The notes under the pieces were generated by a model, which worked only from the letters and a program-made list of their open reading frames with translations, was not told the origin of the DNA and searched no databases. A stretch of 64,000 bases of DNA from Candidatus Saccharibacteria bacterium CPR2 (lineage in GTDB: Bacteria; Patescibacteriota; Saccharimonadia; Saccharimonadales; QWHN01), in contig QWHN01000003.1 of NCBI GenBank assembly GCA_021404905.1, positions 23,080-87,079 on the forward strand, read 5' to 3'. Of this stretch, positions 60,033 to 64,000 are shown piece after piece (position 1 is the stretch's first letter; every line of letters starts with the position of its first letter). The position numbers and the translations under genes were made by a program.

Positions 60033-61480
60033 TACAGAGAATATTAAGTTTTTATCACCCAAATTATTACAAAACTTTAGTAGCTATGCTGCAAGAGTGC
60101 GAGTACGAGGCTAATCAATTTTACAAATGGTTTTGGCGCAGAAAGGATTTTGATTTTAAGAGGCACGAAAATTCTTACAAGCCTACCGCGAAATCCAAAT
60201 TACTATTGCTTATAATGCTTACGCTAGCTGCTATCTTGTCCGTGTTTAGCCTCGCACTTATTGTTAAGTGGTACATCTCCGGATTTGATATGTTCTTTTT
60301 ATTTTGGGGACTTTCTCTTTTTGTTGGCACGCCTTTGTTTATAGCGGCTATTGTTCCAATACTTGTAAAAGTAGGCGAAATTATTATTCAAAAACCTAAA
60401 GAAAAGCAAATTATTGCCGAGGCTGCGAGGGTTTTTAAAAACTCCAAAGCGAAGGTCATAGTAGTTGCTGGAAGTTACGGCAAAACATCAATGAAAGAAA
60501 TTTTGTTTGCCATTTTGTCCTCAGAGAAAAAAACTGCCGCCACCCCGGGCAATTACAATACTCCTCTAGGAATAGGCAAATTTGTAAAAAAGCTTGACGG
60601 TGACGAAGAAGTGATAATTGTCGAGATGGGCGAATATAAACCCGGAGACATAAAAGAGCTTTGTGAAATAGTAGACCCGGATATTGGCGTAATTACAGGT
60701 ATTAATGAGCAGCACCATGAGAGATTTAAAACCATCGATGCTGCTATTAGCACAATCCATGAGCTTAGCGATTATTTAGACGATAAGCCTGTTTATATTA
60801 ATGCCCAGAGCCCCTACCAGCGCGAAGAAGTTAGCCCTTCAGCACATTCTTACAGCCAAAGCGGCGTGGGAGAGTGGAAAGTAAAAAACGCAAAAACAGG
60901 CCTAAAGGGTACAGAATTTGATCTGGTTAGCCCAAAGCAAACCATCAAGATAAAAACTAAATTATTAGGGCTGCATCAAATTGGGCCTATCTGTGCTGCG
61001 GTTGCTATCGCAAAGAACTTAGGGCTGGACAATACAGCGATTGAGAATGCGGTAAAAAGCATTCCTCAAGCCAAGCACAGGCTGCAAATATTAAACCAAT
61101 TTGGCGCGACTATAATCGATGATAGTTACAACGGAAATCCAACTGGGTTTGAGGCAGGAATAAAATTTTTGGCTGATCTAAAAAATGCCGTGCGAAAAGT
61201 TTATGTTACTCCCGGGATATTTGAACTTGGAGATAAGGAGGAAGAAATTCATTATAATTTGGGCAAAAAAATAGGTGAAACAGCAATAGATGAGGTGGTT
61301 TTTGTTAGAACTAATGGCGCGGAGATTATGGCCAAGGGTATCGCCGAAGCCAAGGGAAACCAAAATATAACCTGGGTCGATGATCCGTCTGATTTTTATA
61401 GCCATTTGGATTTATACATAAAAGCAGGTGATGTAGTAATGCTCCAAAATTGCGCGCCGGAGCATTATCTGAAAAAATAA
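60029..61480 (+). CDS. murF: MurF-like Mur ligase with a membrane-spanning N-terminal region
   Basis: P-loop VVAGSYGKTSMKE, IIDDSYNGNP, and GDVVMLQ near the end. The first ~125 aa hold three hydrophobic helices instead of the usual soluble N-domain. Confidence 0.7.
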   Translation: MIQRILSFYHPNYYKTLVAMLQECEYEANQFYKWFWRRKDFDFKRHENSYKPTAKSKLLLLIMLTLAAILSVFSLALIVKWYISGFDMFFLFWGLSLFVGTPLFIAAIVPILVKVGEIIIQKPKEKQIIAEAARVFKNSKAKVIVVAGSYGKTSMKEILFAILSSEKKTAATPGNYNTPLGIGKFVKKLDGDEEVIIVEMGEYKPGDIKELCEIVDPDIGVITGINEQHHERFKTIDAAISTIHELSDYLDDKPVYINAQSPYQREEVSPSAHSYSQSGVGEWKVKNAKTGLKGTEFDLVSPKQTIKIKTKLLGLHQIGPICAAVAIAKNLGLDNTAIENAVKSIPQAKHRLQILNQFGATIIDDSYNGNPTGFEAGIKFLADLKNAVRKVYVTPGIFELGDKEEEIHYNLGKKIGETAIDEVVFVRTNGAEIMAKGIAEAKGNQNITWVDDPSDFYSHLDLYIKAGDVVMLQNCAPEHYLKK

Positions 61481-61486
61481 AGCCTC

Positions 61487-62704
61487 ATGAAATATCACCA
61501 CAAACCATCAGGGTCTGACTCTTTGCGGGAAATTTTGCCGCGTGAACCTCTGTTATTAATGGGCGCTGGTCCTGTGCCAATAGCCGAGCCGGTGTCTCGA
61601 GCTAATGGAGTGATTATCAATCATCTTGGCGATACAATGTCGCGAGTAATAACCGGCGTCCAAAAAATGTCCCAATATGTATTTCAAACTAAATCAGACA
61701 AAATTATCGGAGTTGCCGGGCCTTCATCCGCGGCTATGGAAATGACAATAACCAATTTACTCTGGCCGGGCCGCAAAGTATTGGTACTAAAAAATGGAAC
61801 GTTCAGCGCGCGTTTTGGAGAAATGGCGGAAGCTGTTGGTGCAGATGTAGACTATATTGAGCCAAAAACCCAACCTGGCTATATCGAGGCAAGGGCTGTG
61901 AAAAACGCGCTAAAGAATAAACAATATGATGTGCTTACTATAACTCACGGCGAGACATCATGTGGTGTATTGAATCCTGAAATTGAAGAAATATCATTCT
62001 TGGCCAAAGAGCGTGGGGTATTAATAATCGTAGACGCCGTTGTGACGCTAGGCGCAATGCCTGTTTTTATGGAAAAATGGGGGCTGGACGCAGTTATAGC
62101 TGGCGGTCAAAAAGCGCTGGGCTCAATTCCGGGGATTTCTCTGGTTGCGTTTTCAGAATCTGCGTGGGGTGTAATCGAAAATCGCAAAAATACTATTCCA
62201 CACTGGTGTTTGGACGCACGTAAGGCTTGGGAATTTTGGGGTTTTCATAACTATCACTACACTGCACCGGTTCCAGGAGTGTTAGCTTTGCATGAAGCAC
62301 TAAATCTGATAGAAGAGGAAACATTGGCAGTTAGATTTGCCCGCCATAGCATGAGCTCAAAAGCGCTTCAAGAGGCAATTAAGGCCATGGGTTTAGATTT
62401 ATACGCGCCAGAGGATATGCGCCTTAATTCCGTTGTAGCGATAGAATCTCCAGATAGCGCAAGCAATGCAAAAATACGAAACTATATGTCAGAGACTTTT
62501 GGCGTTGAAATCTCCGGCGCGTTTGGGCTGGATATAATGCGAATAGGCCAAATGGGCGAACAGTGCCGAGCGCACAATTTATTTAAAACTCTCTATGCTC
62601 TTGGAATTTCATGCAGATATTATGGGGTGGATGTTAATATCGCAAAAGCGATGTCAGTACTTGAGGAAAACCTGGCTCAAGATCCGGAAACGTTTGTACC
62701 ATAG
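61487..62704 (+). CDS. Class-V pyridoxal-phosphate aminotransferase (alanine-glyoxylate / serine-pyruvate type)
   Basis: ITHGETSCG, VDAVVTLG, GGQKALGSIPG (PLP lysine). Confidence 0.75.
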   Translation: MKYHHKPSGSDSLREILPREPLLLMGAGPVPIAEPVSRANGVIINHLGDTMSRVITGVQKMSQYVFQTKSDKIIGVAGPSSAAMEMTITNLLWPGRKVLVLKNGTFSARFGEMAEAVGADVDYIEPKTQPGYIEARAVKNALKNKQYDVLTITHGETSCGVLNPEIEEISFLAKERGVLIIVDAVVTLGAMPVFMEKWGLDAVIAGGQKALGSIPGISLVAFSESAWGVIENRKNTIPHWCLDARKAWEFWGFHNYHYTAPVPGVLALHEALNLIEEETLAVRFARHSMSSKALQEAIKAMGLDLYAPEDMRLNSVVAIESPDSASNAKIRNYMSETFGVEISGAFGLDIMRIGQMGEQCRAHNLFKTLYALGISCRYYGVDVNIAKAMSVLEENLAQDPETFVP

Positions 62705-62995
62705 CGATTAGGAACTGGCAATCAGGAAATAGAAAATAGTATATTTTTAAAAACTAGTTCCTAATTCCCAACTTCTAGTTTTCAATTTTCATTCGCTTGG
62801 TAGCGAATCAATTTTCAAATTCTTTTTCCTAATTGCCAATTGCTATTTGCTCTCTTGCAGGGTGGCACCCTGCAAGAACAGATAGTGGCCCCTGGAGTTG
62901 AAAGGAGCCACCCTTACTACTGTTCTCTCCTAATTCCCAATTCCTATTTTCTAGTTTCCAATTTCTGTTTTCTGTTCCCGGCCGGCTATTTCATT
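62705..62995. repeat. Composite intergenic repeat block: family A copy, a family D TTGCAGGG palindrome (62855-62915) and more TAGGAA-type words
   Basis: GGAAATAGAAAATAGTATATTTTTAAAAACTAGTTCCTAATTCC (family A core). TTGCAGGGTGGCACCCTGCAAGAACAGAT is related to the reverse complement of 532-596. Confidence 0.8.
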
Positions 62996-63024
62996 TTCTT
63001 GGCTCCATAGATATACTTAAAAGT

Positions 63025-64000
63025 ATGAAGAACGTTGCAGTGATTTTTGGGGGACGTTCGACGGAACATGATGTGTCTATCGTTACGGCTCTTTCCTCAA
63101 TAATTGCGCCGATCGAGATGCTTTCGGGCTATAAACCAATTCCTGTATATATCGCGCGCGATGGTTCCTGGTACACCGGCGATGACCTTAAAGAAGTTCA
63201 TTTTTATAGTGGCGGCAACTTGGAAGATAAACTCAAGAAAATGAAAAAATTAAGCTTGAAGTTTGACGATGGACTTTGGCTGCTTAAACCCGGTCTTGGC
63301 GGCGAAAAAATTCGTGTTGATATTGTCTTCCCATCGATGCATGGCACATATGGCGAAGATGGCAGCTTAATGGGATTACTGAGAATGGCGGGGGTGCCAT
63401 TTGTTGGATGCGATATGGCCGCTTCCGTTATTGCAATGGATAAGGTGTTAACCAAACAGCTTGTAAGTGATGCTGGTCTTGCAGTCACAAAATATGTTTG
63501 GTTTGAAAAGCGGGATTGGCAAAAAAATAGCAAAGAGATAATAACGAAAATCAACAACTTGAAATATCCTCTGTTTGTTAAGCCCGCTCATCTTGGTTCA
63601 AGTATTGCTATTACTAAAGTCAAAACTAAGGACGAGCTGGAGAATGCCCTTGAAGTAGCTATGCATTACGACGATAAAATATTGGTTGAGGAGGGCGTTA
63701 CCAATTTAACGGAAGTAACCGTGCCGGTAATGGGTAATGACAAACCAAGAGTTGGAATGGTTGAGGAAAGCCTTGCTAAGGCTGAGTTCTTTGATTTTGA
63801 AAGTAAATACATGAATGGTGGCAAAAAAATAAAAGGTTTTGGCAAGGATGAGGGCGGCGATAAAAGCACCTGGAGCCGCATCCCGGCAAAAATCCCCAAA
63901 CCTCTTTATAAAGAATGCGAAAACCTTGCGCTCGCCACTTATAAGGTTCTTGGGTGTAGCGGTATATCAAGAGTGGATTTGCTGATTGATAGCGGCAAAA
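63025..64000 (+). CDS. ddl: D-alanine--D-alanine ligase (3' end outside window)
   Basis: Absent from the ORF track because it has no stop in the window. ATG 63025, and frame 1 reads through to 64000. MKNVAVIFGGRSTEHDVS, HGTYGEDGSLMGLLRMAGVPFVGC, FVKPAHLGSSIAI, SRVDLLID. Confidence 0.9.
   Translation, partial: MKNVAVIFGGRSTEHDVSIVTALSSIIAPIEMLSGYKPIPVYIARDGSWYTGDDLKEVHFYSGGNLEDKLKKMKKLSLKFDDGLWLLKPGLGGEKIRVDIVFPSMHGTYGEDGSLMGLLRMAGVPFVGCDMAASVIAMDKVLTKQLVSDAGLAVTKYVWFEKRDWQKNSKEIITKINNLKYPLFVKPAHLGSSIAITKVKTKDELENALEVAMHYDDKILVEEGVTNLTEVTVPVMGNDKPRVGMVEESLAKAEFFDFESKYMNGGKKIKGFGKDEGGDKSTWSRIPAKIPKPLYKECENLALATYKVLGCSGISRVDLLIDSGK

Noticed and set aside
63204-63970. Three minus-strand ORFs (63204-63557, 63666-63899, 63776-63970)
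   Set aside because: They lie antisense to an unmistakable ddl reading frame that runs off the window end and is therefore missing from the track.

Overview
About 40-43% G+C, tightly packed, mostly plus-strand bacterial DNA. The gene content and style look like a reduced-genome monoderm, probably Patescibacteria/CPR and possibly Saccharimonadia-like; this is an inference only, since the window has no rRNA. Housekeeping backbone: mnmA, a short alaS, ftsA, ruvX, mltG, obg, sbcB, uvrA, uvrC, secG, ligA, htpX, lemA, tatAC, a murF-like gene and ddl, plus 10 intact tRNAs with encoded CCA. Accessory segments interrupt the backbone. (1) A 3.2-kb islet sits upstream of ftsA, flanked by 113-bp direct repeats that duplicate the ftsA promoter and 5' end. 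(2) A secreted muralytic-enzyme cluster includes one conspicuously GC-rich membrane gene. (3) A 2.8-kb cassette is bracketed by inverted copies of a GC-rich repeat with a 30-bp identical core. It carries a ThyA-like gene, a PD-(D/E)xK toxin-like gene, a bPH-SHOCT gene and an Ltp-like gene. (4) A 9.5-kb operon-like surface locus starts at tatA/tatC. It encodes a mini Tat-signal protein, signal-less tail-fibre-like and triple-repeat proteins, two DUF916/DUF3324-like anchored proteins and three fimbrial-subunit-like secreted paralogues. This is my best candidate for an undescribed system. (5) A tRNA-rich region holds a disrupted tRNA, a tRNA-Gly-linked islet, a pilin-LytM fusion, a WhiB-like gene and an HNH fragment. 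Several short repeat families recur across the window, including a 15-mer present five times, three of them inside uvrC and ligA. No CRISPR array, rRNA, transposase or integrase was seen.
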